Positions 1 through 8,043 of a stretch of 42,964 nt of DNA are shown here, piece after piece. The DNA comes from a virus (Duplodnaviria; Caudoviricetes). The stretch is from positions 1 through 42,964 of the IMG/VR virus record IMGVR_UViG_3300035039_000049; one strand, written 5' to 3'. Each line of letters begins with the position of its first letter. Position 1 is the stretch's first letter. A program made the translations under genes and the position numbers. The notes under the pieces were generated by a model that was not told where the DNA came from, did no database searches, and was given only the letters and a program-made list of their open reading frames with translations.

Positions 1-155
1 GACGCCCAGGATTTCTGTGTTTCTATTAGTCTGTCTAGAAAACGCATACCAGCGTTGATATAAAAGTTCATTCCATTATCTGAACCATCCGCATCTACGA
101 AATCATAAAGCCCACTAACTTCCCGTATGTGTTGTCTTAATTCAAGTAAGTTCAT
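1..155 (-). CDS. N-terminal part of putative head-tail adaptor / tail tubular protein A (continues across window end into 42964..42394, ~241 aa total)
   Basis: ATG at 155 gives MNLLELRQHIREVSGLYDFVDADGSDNGMNFYINAGMRFLDRLIETQKSWAS. The frame continues without a stop into 42964. It lies just downstream of the major capsid gene. Confidence 0.7.
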   Translation of the reverse strand, partial: MNLLELRQHIREVSGLYDFVDADGSDNGMNFYINAGMRFLDRLIETQKSWA

Positions 156-161
156 TTCTTC

Positions 162-188
162 AACTCAATGTAATGGTTATACGAAGTT
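162..188. promoter_or_regulatory. 27-bp palindromic site, copy 1
   Basis: AACTCAA-TGTAATGGTTATA-CGAAGTT, between the MCP terminator and the next gene. Confidence 0.8.
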
Positions 189-189
189 T

Positions 190-223
190 AAAGAAAGCGC
201 TGCTTTGATAAACAGCGCTCTTT
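190..223 (-). terminator. Intrinsic terminator after major capsid gene
   Basis: Minus strand AGCGCTGTTT-ATC-AAAGCAGCGCT hairpin followed by TTCTTT. Confidence 0.7.
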
Positions 224-243
224 ATCTCTAAAGTCGGCGCTGT

Positions 244-1545
244 TTAGGGTAAGTCATTGTCACAGTTAACACCATTAAGAATAGCACACTTCAGAGGATG
301 ACCAAACTCAAGGCCGGCCTCCGTGAGGTATTCCTCAATAGTCCCATCGATACGTCCCTGTCCATAACCCTCTGGATGCATCTTAGAGTTAGACTCTCCA
401 TAGAATGATGTGTCAGTTATGTACTTGAAAGTGAATTCTTTGGGCTCTATAATAACCATCATATTGCGAGTAGTAGGATCATAACTTAATAGCGGATGAC
501 GTTTGGCGTAAATAGAACCAAAGGGAGTAACCCACTCATTAACTTGCATACCATAAACTTTGGACGTAGGCTGCAAGTTAATCTGACCGCCTTGTTTAGC
601 AAGACGATTTATACCGAGTAGTGCTCCACTACCACAGAGAGCTAATTTCTCACTACTGCCATAACGGAAGGCTAACTCAAGTGCTCTATCAAGCCACTCT
701 TCCCCACCAGTAGTCCAAGCGTCTCCAGCAAAATCAGTATCAGTAGTATAATCACCTACATTACCAGGCGCTACAGTTCTAATCCAAGGTATAATTCCCC
801 GAGTTGTGCGTTCAGGTTTCCCGTTATCTCCGATGTTCTCAGTCATAATACCCCAGAGCATAGCAAGTTCCATTTCAACAGAGTGCATTTCCAAACACTC
901 TTTCTTGGCTTTCTGGTATTGATCACCTGTTCTGAGGCGAGTTAAACGGGCTGTTCTAGTGATAGCCAGAGGCGTGCGGAAAATCTGGGTGTAGTTGTAA
1001 TACTTAACAGGATCAAGTTGAACCGCAGAAGGCATTTCTCCACCCTCAGGGTTAATATTCCCGTTGACCATTAAAGTATCACAATTCTGAAGATCGTGAT
1101 CACCACTATTATCATCAGCCTCTAGCAGTTTAACTGTGATAACACTGTTAGCACCATCTATAATGACGTTAGTAACTTTCCCATTAACATCTACGAGCCA
1201 GTCACTAGCATCCCTCAACAGAACCTGATGCCCAGCACGGATTTTACCTGCGAGGGTTGACCCTACTTGTACGAACACAGTATCACCAGCAGCTCCACCT
1301 CCACCGTATGTAACACTCAGGTCAGATCTAGTGAAAACACCAGTAACATCACCAGTAGTGTGAGCAAAATTCTGTGTCCACCAATGGAACTGTGGGTCAT
1401 CTACTTTTTCCTCAGCCATCATTGACAGTATGGCGGTCAGAGGAGCGTCACCATTAGGGTATAGATAGAGAATCTGCTGTCTCCAGTTCAAAGGTCTCTG
1501 GTCAGTAACCCAGTCATCATTTCCTCTCATACCTAAAAAAGACAT
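244..1545 (-). CDS. Major capsid protein (SU10/DUF5309-like)
   Basis: 433 aa; NYTQIFRTPLAITRTA and YLTEAGLE motifs typical of this MCP family; GGAGG RBS; follows scaffold gene. Confidence 0.88.
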   Translation of the reverse strand: MSFLGMRGNDDWVTDQRPLNWRQQILYLYPNGDAPLTAILSMMAEEKVDDPQFHWWTQNFAHTTGDVTGVFTRSDLSVTYGGGGAAGDTVFVQVGSTLAGKIRAGHQVLLRDASDWLVDVNGKVTNVIIDGANSVITVKLLEADDNSGDHDLQNCDTLMVNGNINPEGGEMPSAVQLDPVKYYNYTQIFRTPLAITRTARLTRLRTGDQYQKAKKECLEMHSVEMELAMLWGIMTENIGDNGKPERTTRGIIPWIRTVAPGNVGDYTTDTDFAGDAWTTGGEEWLDRALELAFRYGSSEKLALCGSGALLGINRLAKQGGQINLQPTSKVYGMQVNEWVTPFGSIYAKRHPLLSYDPTTRNMMVIIEPKEFTFKYITDTSFYGESNSKMHPEGYGQGRIDGTIEEYLTEAGLEFGHPLKCAILNGVNCDNDLP

Positions 1546-1580
1546 TTTATTACCTCCATTAAAATCTAACTGTTAATTTA

Positions 1581-2024
1581 TTAAACTTGCTCGGTAGTAG
1601 GAGCGACAGTAGTGGGAGCAGCAGTAGTAGGCGGCTCAGTGGTTCCCGGAGGCTTCGTTGTCGTAAGTCCAGGCCAACCTTCCATCTCACCAAGAGCTAA
1701 CCATGCTAAACCATCAGAATACATAAGTACTCTGTCACACTTACCATTAAACACTATGTCCGCAAGCCAGCACTCACTGTCATCGTTGTTATCTTCGATG
1801 GTAACAGTATTAGCAGGGTCTGCGTTCCGGATTACAAATGAGTAAAATCTCCCCCTAGCATCAGCAACAGGAGGGAGTGTTATAGTTATCGCACCGCTTT
1901 CTTCGTCAGCACTAGGCCGCATAACATAGTCACGAGAACTCATCTCGTAATCTTCGTTAGGAGCCACATACTTATCCGTCACCACTGGATGCTGGTGGTG
2001 AAAAGGCCAAAGTTCATTTCCCAT
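1581..2024 (-). CDS. Putative capsid decoration/cement protein with Thr/Pro-rich C-terminal tail
   Basis: Between scaffold and MCP; AITITLPP...LMYSDG beta-rich core; ends TTTKPPGTTEPPTTAAPTTVAPTTEQV. Confidence 0.55.
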   Translation of the reverse strand: MGNELWPFHHQHPVVTDKYVAPNEDYEMSSRDYVMRPSADEESGAITITLPPVADARGRFYSFVIRNADPANTVTIEDNNDDSECWLADIVFNGKCDRVLMYSDGLAWLALGEMEGWPGLTTTKPPGTTEPPTTAAPTTVAPTTEQV

Positions 2025-2036
2025 CTTTCATTCCTC

Positions 2037-2063
2037 CACTTAGTAAAATGGTTACATTAAGTT
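2037..2063. promoter_or_regulatory. 27-bp palindromic site, copy 2
   Basis: CACTTAG-TAAAATGGTTACA-TTAAGTT; overlaps the scaffold stop codon. Confidence 0.7.
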
Positions 2064-2871
2064 ACTGCAAAGCAGCGTTCATTTGATCTATCTGCTCCAG
2101 CATTTCATTCTTCCGCTTCTTATCTACAACTCTACGCCTATTATTAGGCGCTTTTGGGAAGCGTTTGAGTTTATCTTCTTGCTTACTTTTCTTGTTCTGC
2201 GCTACAATTCCCAAAGAAAGTTTCTCTCTAGCACGTTTCCCTGTCTCGGTCAAAACGTCTTCGAAACTCCAGTCACTGTTTTCTGAGATGACACTCTCTG
2301 CAATGTCAGAGACTATACTCTTATAAGGAAGTAAGTCCTCATTTTCAGAATAAAACTTATCTGCCATTTTCTGCAGATTCTGTTGAACAGTAACATTGGT
2401 TTTAACTATGTCCGGAATACTCTTTAACACATTCTCAATAGTCTTCTGCTGAACGTTAGAAGCTACTTTCTCAGCGAAGTTTTTGAGAAACTTATTCGAT
2501 GACTCTCTATCACCAAAAATACTGTCGATATCATCATCTTCGCTAATAAACTCATCGTCAAAAGTTATAGGCTCAACAGATGTGTTCTCAGCAGATTCCT
2601 CACCTCCAGTTTTTTTCCTCTCAGCATTTTCCGAGAGAGTCGCACGAAGTCTCTCGTTCTCCTCCTTTAGTAGTGTAAGTTCATCTTTTTCCTCTCCTTG
2701 TTCCTCGCCCTCGTTAGCCTCTCCACTGGGTTTTTCATTCTCTTCACCAGTAGCTTCCTCACCGACAGCTTCTTCTTCTTCCTCAACTTCCTCTTCAACC
2801 TCCTCCAATTCATCAGTTATGTCCCTAGGATTGTTCATTTCTTCTATCTCATTGACTAATTCATAACCCAT
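2062..2871 (-). CDS. Capsid scaffolding protein
   Basis: Very acidic N-terminus, coiled coil, basic C-terminus; located between portal and MCP. Confidence 0.75.
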   Translation of the reverse strand: MGYELVNEIEEMNNPRDITDELEEVEEEVEEEEEAVGEEATGEENEKPSGEANEGEEQGEEKDELTLLKEENERLRATLSENAERKKTGGEESAENTSVEPITFDDEFISEDDDIDSIFGDRESSNKFLKNFAEKVASNVQQKTIENVLKSIPDIVKTNVTVQQNLQKMADKFYSENEDLLPYKSIVSDIAESVISENSDWSFEDVLTETGKRAREKLSLGIVAQNKKSKQEDKLKRFPKAPNNRRRVVDKKRKNEMLEQIDQMNAALQ

Positions 2872-3148
2872 TTTTCATCTCCTTTTGATAATCAAGTTCT
2901 CCTAAAAGAAAGTGCGGCGCTTCCAGAAGGTAATTAATAGCTTCACGTCTACCTTGAATACGACCAAGTTCAATTAAACTATCACTTTGATCATATAGTG
3001 GTACCAAGCCCTCCTCCCACATCTTCAATAACTCTACCATATCTTTCCAGACGAAACTCCCTATAAAATCCTCCAGCTGGTCACGTGTAGAAGTTACCTC
3101 AAATAACTGAGAGATTTCCTCTTCCTGCCTCTCCGAGGACTTGCTCAT
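2861..3148 (-). CDS. Small protein downstream of portal (Bbp19-like position); start uncertain
   Basis: WKDM...GRIQGRREAI pattern seen in post-portal podovirus genes; ATG at 3148 overlaps the portal end and has no clear RBS. Confidence 0.55.
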   Translation of the reverse strand: MSKSSERQEEEISQLFEVTSTRDQLEDFIGSFVWKDMVELLKMWEEGLVPLYDQSDSLIELGRIQGRREAINYLLEAPHFLLGELDYQKEMKNGL

Positions 3149-5051
3149 CTGGCATTGTTTCTGTTCTAATGTTTTGAGTTTTTCGTTTGAAGTCTTCAAC
3201 ATTCTTTGCTCCTAATTGAGATGCAATATAAGAAAAAATTCTTACTACATCAAATTGCTGCGTTAGCATTTCATTAGTACCTATGATTTGAAATAGTTGG
3301 AGCCAAGCCTCTGAGAAGTTGCCTCCAGGGATAGACCCATCCTTTACTATTACATCATAGTTAATCCACAAATCATCTGGATTTATTTTAAACCTTGTGT
3401 CATCAGGAGGTATTCCAAAACGACTTCTAATATCTTCCTCTTGTCTACCTACAATAGAAACAAATGTCTCTTGTTCCATAAACTGCTGCACATTAGCAGC
3501 GAATATCTCACCTAAATCCTGCATTAGTTGAGTAGATATAATCATAGCAGCGTACTGGAGTCTTGAAACAGCACTTGCACGAGTCCCCTGGAATTCGCTC
3601 CTAGTTAAACGCTCAGGCCCTGATTGCCTTAAAGAACCCATCATACTTTGATCAGCACCACTAACACGTTCCATCCACTGGGCTATATAAGAACTATCAG
3701 CCATATGAGTCCGTGTAACATCTTGAACACTTAGCTGGTGGACATAATCTCTCATATTACCCTTACCCCAAGCAGGCTGTCTGGCTCTAATAATCTTCCC
3801 TGGTTTTGGATCCTTTACATCATTAATGTTAATCATGAAAGGGTCGACAACTATCATATCATTGATAGCTTTCCTTACATTAGCTATGTGAGTGTTAAAT
3901 AAGAAGTTTAGTGTATGCTGCATCCCATACATTATTTCAAGTCTAGATATAGGTGTAGGCGAATAGCCATCAAAATCAGGTGAGGCTATACTTATCGGAT
4001 ACATACCATGAACATAGTCAAGCCTCTGAGCATCGATAATAACTTGGTCAGCCGCCAGAGTAAACATCCACTTCTCAGGTACATCACTATCACCAACACC
4101 TACTTCCGAAGGAATAACGTTAAGGAACATTGTAATAGTATCAACCCGAGAAGTTACAGTATCAGACGAACTTTCCCTATTAACATCCCCTACCTTTTTA
4201 CTCCTATCGGATTGATCAGTAGAGAACACTGATCTTTTGTTCATTATAGATTTAAGATATCTAACATTAAACAACTCATCGACCGCCTCATCGGATAACA
4301 AGTTGTTATAATTATCAGTTACTACCCACCCTACATACTCTGCCTTCTGGATGTCATGAATAGCTACATTCGGATCAGGGAGGAAGCGATAGGGGTCTGC
4401 GTAAGTTAATGCATTCCCCTCAAAAACTGTAACTCCTTCGATTAATCTTTTTGTTGCTTTAGTTGAAACCTCACCGAACACATCAGTAGAGGTTTCCATA
4501 GATTTCATTATCCTATTACCAATCTTCTTTGTCCAATAAGGCAAAGCAACTCCAAACCCATAGCAGAGAGCATCCCTAAAAATTGTCCTAAGCGCAAGCG
4601 CTACTTTGGTTTTAATACAATGCATTTGTACTATTAACTCAAGTAACATAGCACCAGGGACATCCTCTGGAGTTGCACCCTCATAACGAAAAATAGGATT
4701 TTGAAAAAACGCTGTTGATAAATAAGTAAGTAGTGTTTCTATCATTACATAACTATAAGGAAACACTATTGACACCGGCCTTCTGTCATCCAAGTTCTGC
4801 AAATCCTCTTCATCATCATCTAGACGAATATATGCAGTTGTTGTACGATCTATCTCACGCCAACTTGGGTATCTCGAACTCATAATATTCTGACTCTCGT
4901 AAGCCCTCTCAAGAATCATATCTCTTAAATCATCATGAAGTTCAGAGCCTGGCCTCAAGTCCAACCCATAAGGGTAAGTATACTTAGGCACATCAGTGTG
5001 ACGAAAGTCAGTTAAACTTATAGCTTTCTCTCCATAAACTATTGTAGGCAT
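3099..5051 (-). CDS. Portal protein
   Basis: 650 aa; downstream of TerL; DALCYGFGV and PGKIIR segments resemble P22/SU10-type portals. Confidence 0.85.
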   Translation of the reverse strand: MPTIVYGEKAISLTDFRHTDVPKYTYPYGLDLRPGSELHDDLRDMILERAYESQNIMSSRYPSWREIDRTTTAYIRLDDDEEDLQNLDDRRPVSIVFPYSYVMIETLLTYLSTAFFQNPIFRYEGATPEDVPGAMLLELIVQMHCIKTKVALALRTIFRDALCYGFGVALPYWTKKIGNRIMKSMETSTDVFGEVSTKATKRLIEGVTVFEGNALTYADPYRFLPDPNVAIHDIQKAEYVGWVVTDNYNNLLSDEAVDELFNVRYLKSIMNKRSVFSTDQSDRSKKVGDVNRESSSDTVTSRVDTITMFLNVIPSEVGVGDSDVPEKWMFTLAADQVIIDAQRLDYVHGMYPISIASPDFDGYSPTPISRLEIMYGMQHTLNFLFNTHIANVRKAINDMIVVDPFMININDVKDPKPGKIIRARQPAWGKGNMRDYVHQLSVQDVTRTHMADSSYIAQWMERVSGADQSMMGSLRQSGPERLTRSEFQGTRASAVSRLQYAAMIISTQLMQDLGEIFAANVQQFMEQETFVSIVGRQEEDIRSRFGIPPDDTRFKINPDDLWINYDVIVKDGSIPGGNFSEAWLQLFQIIGTNEMLTQQFDVVRIFSYIASQLGAKNVEDFKRKTQNIRTETMPDEQVLGEAGRGNLSVI

Positions 5052-5054
5052 ATT

Positions 5055-5612
5055 CTAAGCCGTCCTTTTCCATACGTAAAGGGTGAAATAAGGTGGAAGT
5101 GTACTATTATCACCACTATTAAAAGATGCTATGTCAACTGAGTGATCATGACCATCACTTGCTACATCATCAGTAGTGCCATCCAAGTTAGTATCAACTT
5201 CAGTAGTTCCTGAAGGGCCTCCAGAAAAAGTATTAGGTGGGTCAACTGGATGTGTATGATTCTTATTACCACCAGTACCCTCAACTACCCCGAAGTCAGG
5301 ATCACCAGTTTTAAAACCAACAAGAAATTGACCCTGAGCTATTTGTACCCAAGTACCAAAACCTAACAAAGTGTTAGGATTAGTTGAAACTACTGCAAGA
5401 AAAACACTGCCAATAGGCCAAATACCTTTTAAGTCCTTTAATCTAAGCACATGATAGTCATCAGTAGGATCTTCTGTAATATACATCTGTTCATCTGACG
5501 TGAAGCTGTGATAGTTCTCGCCTGCAAAGTCTCCATCCGGATCGTCTACTGGATCAGTATTATCGAAGATAAAAGGCCCGAAAGTCCCTACATAGAATTT
5601 CTTCTCAGCCAT
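5055..5612 (-). CDS. Virion protein with baseplate gp10-C/tail-collar-like domain
   Basis: WPIGSVFLAVVSTNPNTLLGFGTWVQIAQGQFLVG ... LPPYFTLYVWKRTA signature. Confidence 0.75.
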   Translation of the reverse strand: MAEKKFYVGTFGPFIFDNTDPVDDPDGDFAGENYHSFTSDEQMYITEDPTDDYHVLRLKDLKGIWPIGSVFLAVVSTNPNTLLGFGTWVQIAQGQFLVGFKTGDPDFGVVEGTGGNKNHTHPVDPPNTFSGGPSGTTEVDTNLDGTTDDVASDGHDHSVDIASFNSGDNSTLPPYFTLYVWKRTA

Positions 5613-7168
5613 TACACATATCTCCAGTTAGTTAAACACTCTTCGTATTCAAGACCTGCAAACTCACCGAGAGAAGGTTCTTCACTAAGTTTATCAGAGT
5701 TGAAGTACCTACTACCCTCCTCAAGCATAGGGATTAGATAGGCAAAAGCATCCATCACATCCCAGCGACGTGACCTAGGGAAACTAAGCAGTTGTTCCTC
5801 CAGTTTCCCACAACAGTTGATATTGTGATAAATGTAGCCTCTCCTATAATATGGTATAAGTTGTTTGATTCTAGAAGCTTTAGAAATCTCCTGGACACCA
5901 CCTCTAGGTTTAAGCCAGACTAGCTCGAAAAACAAACCTTGTTTAAACATCTCGTTTTTAATAGGTTGTTTAATAAACTCATTTAACGATGTCTCTTCGA
6001 TACCTATTACTTTAGCCCCAAGGTTTGTAGCCATACTAAAGATATTCTTATAAATTTCATCAGGGAACATCTTCTCAGAAATACAATCTCTAAAAAAGTA
6101 CCTCCCTTTGATTACATCAATTCCTATACCAACAATAGCTGTTTCAGCAGACTGCGGAGTTACAGTCTTAGCTGGATCGCAAATAACTATAGTCTCTATA
6201 CTCTGGTCAATCTGAATATCAGCCTCAGTTAAATCTAAATACTTGTCATTAGATCTAACAGTCCCAGGTGAGTTATAGTATTTAAAAAGATCCTGTGTAA
6301 AAGACTGGTTTTCCTTACTTACTGGGAGATTCCTATACTCACGATAGAAGACATCCATCTCTCCATTATCACGATGGATTTCTACTTCCTTTTGTACCTC
6401 CTCATCACTCATAAACTCAGGAGCTGTGGCTTTAAAGTTATCATCACAAGCCTCAAGCCTCACACTTTTCCAATCACTACTTTCCAGCAAGTTCTGAATC
6501 AAAGCATCTTCATGCTTCAAAGTATCGATGTAAACAGCTTTCCAATCCTTCTTGATGTGTGACACAGATTTCATAGCATCTGCAAAAAACCAGCTCTTAC
6601 GAGCTTTCCTTATTTCTTCATTTTGAATAGTATCAGCATCCTCTAAATCATCAAAGATAATAAGCCCAGGCCTGTCGTTTTTATAGAGAACACCTCTAAC
6701 TTGCTGACCTGAACCTCTGGGTAAAATAAGAGTATCATAAGCTACCCATGCTTCCTTGGAAAAAGTCTCCTCTATTTCCCCTGGCGCTCTTTTAGCCTTA
6801 ACAGAACCAAAGATTTTCTTTATAATTGGATTAGTTGTAAGCTCCCACTTCAGGTTTTCAGTCTGCATCGCAGCTACTTTATAACTCTGATTAATGTAAA
6901 CTATAAAAGGGGTTATTCTAAACAATATATGCCTAGCCATAAGAGCTAAAGCAACAATACTAGTTTTCCCAAAACCTCTTGGAGCAGCTATAGCTGTTTT
7001 TCTATCAGAAGAATCTATTAAATCAAATATATTGCGATGCAGTGGAGAGAAATTAGCACTAAAACGATCAGGGAAGAAAGTTTTAGCGAAAACCTCAGTG
7101 TTCCATGCACAAGTAGACATTAAATCATGAAATTCAGAATCTTCTTTATATGAGCTATGTGTAATCAT
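5612..7168 (-). CDS. terL: Terminase large subunit
   Basis: Walker A APRGFGKT, Walker B IIFDDLE, nuclease ICDPA and FPRSRRWDVMDA. Confidence 0.93.
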   Translation of the reverse strand: MITHSSYKEDSEFHDLMSTCAWNTEVFAKTFFPDRFSANFSPLHRNIFDLIDSSDRKTAIAAPRGFGKTSIVALALMARHILFRITPFIVYINQSYKVAAMQTENLKWELTTNPIIKKIFGSVKAKRAPGEIEETFSKEAWVAYDTLILPRGSGQQVRGVLYKNDRPGLIIFDDLEDADTIQNEEIRKARKSWFFADAMKSVSHIKKDWKAVYIDTLKHEDALIQNLLESSDWKSVRLEACDDNFKATAPEFMSDEEVQKEVEIHRDNGEMDVFYREYRNLPVSKENQSFTQDLFKYYNSPGTVRSNDKYLDLTEADIQIDQSIETIVICDPAKTVTPQSAETAIVGIGIDVIKGRYFFRDCISEKMFPDEIYKNIFSMATNLGAKVIGIEETSLNEFIKQPIKNEMFKQGLFFELVWLKPRGGVQEISKASRIKQLIPYYRRGYIYHNINCCGKLEEQLLSFPRSRRWDVMDAFAYLIPMLEEGSRYFNSDKLSEEPSLGEFAGLEYEECLTNWRYV

Positions 7169-7179
7169 TACATTAAGTA
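7153..7179. promoter_or_regulatory. 27-bp palindromic site, copy 3
   Basis: AGCTATG-TGTAATCATTACA-TTAAGTA; perfect core overlapping the TerL start codon. Confidence 0.8.
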
Positions 7180-7192
7180 TTTACCCAATAGT

Positions 7193-7384
7193 TTACTCAT
7201 CTTTTGATGTTGTCTTTATCTGTTTGTCTTCATCTCTAAACAGTTCATACAGCCCAAGCAGCGCACCCGCAGCAGCAATAACCTCCGGTGTGACAGTGTA
7301 GCCAGCAATACCAGCGAGGATTATTACAGCTCGAACACTTGATGGTTGCTTCAACCATTTGACCACTTTATCAATCTTACTCAT
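7193..7384 (-). CDS. Putative holin
   Basis: 63 aa; WLKQPSS motif, two hydrophobic segments, charged C-terminus. Confidence 0.55.
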   Translation of the reverse strand: MSKIDKVVKWLKQPSSVRAVIILAGIAGYTVTPEVIAAAGALLGLYELFRDEDKQIKTTSKDE

Positions 7385-7698
7385 TATTTCATCTCCTTAA
7401 TTATAAACTCTATGCCTTTCTTAATAACATAAACCGTTCCAGACAACGAAGCCGCTACAAGGCCTACCAGTATCGCCCTGGCAAGCCATTCTGAAACCTT
7501 TGTCATGCGCTTAAACCGTTTACCAACCTCCCGAAAACTCTCGACGCCTTTCGACAGATCACCATCGCCTACATCGCTAACCATGCCAACAAAATGCCGG
7601 ACTTCTTTCTGTTCATCTGTGGTCAGTCCACAGGAGCAAGTCAGACCGAGCTTCTGAGTTATTTTTTCCGCTAATAGATCATAATCTATTTCAGGCAT
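7384..7698 (-). CDS. Hypothetical membrane protein (holin/antiholin-like)
   Basis: 104 aa with one C-terminal TM segment (AILVGLVAASLSGTVYVI). Confidence 0.5.
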   Translation of the reverse strand: MPEIDYDLLAEKITQKLGLTCSCGLTTDEQKEVRHFVGMVSDVGDGDLSKGVESFREVGKRFKRMTKVSEWLARAILVGLVAASLSGTVYVIKKGIEFIIKEMK

Positions 7699-8033
7699 TA
7701 CTCACCGCCGATAGTTTTCTGTCCTGTTACTCCAAGGGTTTCTCCAGCCGGATTAGTTCCGTGTGTGGCGCAATGTTCGTATAGCCAAAGATGACAATCT
7801 ATTGCATCTGCTGCTCGACAATCCGATGGGAGACGTGAATATCCATCTGGATTATTCCCACGGACATCCCAACGCTCAGTGAACAGCCCGCCCTCTTTTC
7901 CGTCGGAGGTTTTTTCCCGCACCCTGACCGTTACAATCTCGGTAATTTTCAGATCAGGAGCTCCATCTATTCCGTAATTAACTGTCTGCCATTTAAAATT
8001 AATACTGACAGGCTCATAGTCATCAAAAATTAT
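7698..8033 (-). CDS. Hypothetical protein, probably with non-canonical ATA/ATT start (~110 aa)
   Basis: Frame of the 7698..7922 ORF stays open to ATA ATT TTT GAT at 8033, just after an AAGAGGT RBS. Confidence 0.5.
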   Translation of the reverse strand: MIFDDYEPVSINFKWQTVNYGIDGAPDLKITEIVTVRVREKTSDGKEGGLFTERWDVRGNNPDGYSRLPSDCRAADAIDCHLWLYEHCATHGTNPAGETLGVTGQKTIGGE

Positions 8034-8043
8034 TTACCTCTTA

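Noticed and set aside
162-188. Palindrome as a functional loxP or dif site
   Set aside because: Arms are similar, but the central spacer is 3 bp shorter than in loxP or dif and no recombinase gene was recognised; kept only as a resemblance
1612-6562. Plus-strand ORFs at 1612, 2083, 2483, 4008, 5508, 5865 and 6374
   Set aside because: Antisense to capsid, portal and terminase genes; composition mirrors the real genes
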